Below, piece after piece: positions 58,997-64,000 of a stretch of 64,000 nucleotides of DNA. The translations under genes were made by a program, and so were the position numbers. Position 1 is the first letter of the stretch. Every line of letters starts with the position of its first letter. The notes under the pieces are model-generated. The model worked only from the letters and a program-made list of their open reading frames with translations. It ran no database searches and was not told the DNA's origin. Origin of the DNA: the human T2T-CHM13v2.0 reference genome, Homo sapiens. The stretch lies in NCBI RefSeq assembly GCF_009914755.1, contig NC_060936.1. One strand, written 5' to 3'.

Positions 58997-59258
58997 GATG
59001 CTAACATTGTATCTCTGTCATGATAGATACGAAGTAAATGGTACAGATATTGAAAATATAATGACATATGGGAAATATTAATTGATTTGAATGACATCCA
59101 TTCTCCCTGGTTCCACATAAAGTGCTTCCATATCATGCTTTCTTAGCATCTGCCTGTCCTAATACTTATCACACCTTCTTCTATTTATGTTTGTTTCTCT
59201 ATGGCCACTATTAATCTATACATTCTGGGAGGCCAGGGCCTATGTGTATGTTGTTCCC

Positions 59259-59667
59259 TATATTACTTTGCTAGGGCTGCCATAATAAATACCACAAACT
59301 GGGTGACTTAAGCAACAAAGATTTATTTTCTCACTGTTCTAGAGGTTAAAATCCAAGCTCAAGGCACCAGCAGCTTTGGTTTCTTCTGCGGCCCCTCTGC
59401 TTGGCTCTGGTTCAGCAACCTACTTCTTGCTGAATTAATGTGACCGCCCTTCTGTCTGCTCATGTTTCTGGCATCTCTCTGTGTGTCTAAATTTCTTCTG
59501 CTAAGGACACCAGTCATACTGGATTAGAGCCCACCCTAAAGATATCATTTTAATGTAATCACCTCTTTAAAGATTTAATCTCCAAATAGAGTTGCATTCT
59601 GGGGTACTGGGGGTTAGGACTTCAACATATAAATTTGGGGGGTGTTGTACAGTTCAGCCCATAGCAT
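59259..59667 (-). mobile_element. MaLR solo LTR (MLT1B-like)
   Basis: 'tttgctagggctgccataataaataccacaaactgggtgacttaa...gggttaggacttcaacatataaatttgggg...ttcagcccatagca'. Confidence 0.8.
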
Positions 59668-60397
59668 TCCCTTAACATAGTGTCTGAATGAATGAATAAA
59701 TGAATGAGTGAATATGTTTGGCATAGAGTTTTTTCTCTGGGACATTTGGATTGTTCTACCTTTTCCCCCTTCATCTTTCTCACAATTATCGGTGAAATCC
59801 AAAGCTCATACTTGCTGCTTGTTGGAAGGGTTGGAGTGATGTGCCACCTGCATTCATTTATTTGGTGAGAGCTGGTTTCATTTTACTCTCAGTGACAGCA
59901 GAGAAAGCAAAAGGCAGCGTAAAAAAGAGACTAACAGATACAGGAGGGGAAGATAAAGAGGATCATCTTGACCTGGTTTGAATAATCTGATGTATTTTCA
60001 AGCGTTCTATAGTTGCTAGACTGACCTTGGGCAGGGGAGAAGGGATAAATCATGGCCGGAGAGACTCACTGGTGTTCATTGTTTTACATACTCAAGTGCC
60101 TATAATGAGGACAGTCTCATTATCAGTTTACAGGAATCTTTGCTTATGAAGTTTTTGTCTTTCAGAGAGACACTCCTTTGGGTATCTTAATTTCAGGCAC
60201 TGAGAAAGAAATATATGGGCCAAGAAGTTGGACTTTGAGCCTTAGCCACCTATGCTTTTGACTTTGTGGATAACTTTAGGCTAATCAGTGTCTTCATTCA
60301 TGATATACCAAGGATAAAAAGCAAATAAGGTTATAGAATACTATACCAGTGAAACTTAATTTGTATTTCCCCTTAACAGACATACTCAAATTGTTAA

Positions 60398-61408
<1,011 letters not shown>

Positions 61409-61622
61409 TTTCCTGAGTGTATCAGTCAGGATGGGCTATGTTAGGCTGCAGTAACAAACATTGCCAATATTTTACCAACTTATGTCAACAGAGGTTCCTT
61501 TCTTGCTCGTGTTGCATGTTCATTTTGGTTCCTCTATGGCTATTTTCCATGTCCTCTTCGCTCTGGAACCCAGGATGATAGAGCTGCTCTGTCACCAATG
61601 GGACAAGAAAGTATAGTCCTCT

Positions 61623-61978
<356 letters not shown>

Positions 61979-62224
61979 CTACAGTTGATGCATATAGAGT
62001 ACTAATTGTGTGGGTTAAGTTTAACCTAGTGTTGTAAGTATCAGCTGATGTTCTTAACGGGGGTCTCAGGGTGCCCTGAGCAAACCAACTGGTAAGTTCA
62101 CCAGGAGAAAAATCAATTATTTACCAGGAAAGCAATGGGAAGACCTAGAAGAATAATGGTGGAAATAAAAAGAAATAGATGGATAAAAAAGATGTGGAGG
62201 TAGAATCAGTTGAACTAACCTCTT

Positions 62225-63720
<1,496 letters not shown>

Positions 63721-64000
63721 AAGAAAATATCTCCCAGGGAGCTGCTTAGCAGTGAAGGGCAAGGAGGGAGGATTGCTACCCTTTGAACAGGTGTCCTGTT
63801 CAAAAAGTGATACAGCAAATCCTGCAAAGTCCGCCTCCTTCCCTCTTCTGCCCCCAAGTTCCTGAGCCTGCACTGCCCTTGCAGAGGCAACCAATACGTC
63901 CACTTTCTTTTCTTGCCGGAGGGTTTCTAAGCTGGACTATTAGCTTGACATGTGATTTTCGGAGACAGAAGATTCAAGGATGTTCCTAGGCTGATGAGAA

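Overview
This is eukaryotic, primate (almost certainly human) genomic DNA, not prokaryotic. There are no operons, CRISPR arrays or rRNA/tRNA genes that I can support. The only credible protein-coding gene is ZNF664: CDS 13661-14446 (+), 261 aa, nine C2H2 fingers, no KRAB/SCAN/BTB domain, recognised from its protein sequence. From general knowledge it lies at 12q24.31 next to CCDC92/DNAH10, with a known ZNF664-RFLNA read-through. The window holds the end of a large intron (1-12896), a predicted 61-nt untranslated exon, a ~3.9-kb terminal exon ending at an AATAAA + GU-rich poly(A) site near 16.94 kb, and ~47 kb of repeat-rich downstream sequence. The repeats are ~28 Alus, L1/L2/MIR relics, MaLR/ERV solo LTRs, hAT MITEs and microsatellites. 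Almost all other ORFs in the track are Alu/L1 or random frames. The main unexplained structure is around ZNF664: its 5'UTR and stop-codon region look like the decayed remains of a longer KRAB-zinc-finger gene. These include a spacer-like peptide, fossil fingers on both sides, a start ATG at the Lys position of an old TGEKP linker, and a C-terminus made by a 2-nt frameshift. Other observations are a 68-bp templated palindrome at an Alu/L2 junction, a tandem repeat that multiplies HSF/TEAD/STAT motifs, a divergent CTCF motif pair, and G4/PUM/miR-181 elements in the 3'UTR. I found no evidence of a wholly new multi-gene system. Repeat subfamily names come from recalled consensus features, not from a database search.
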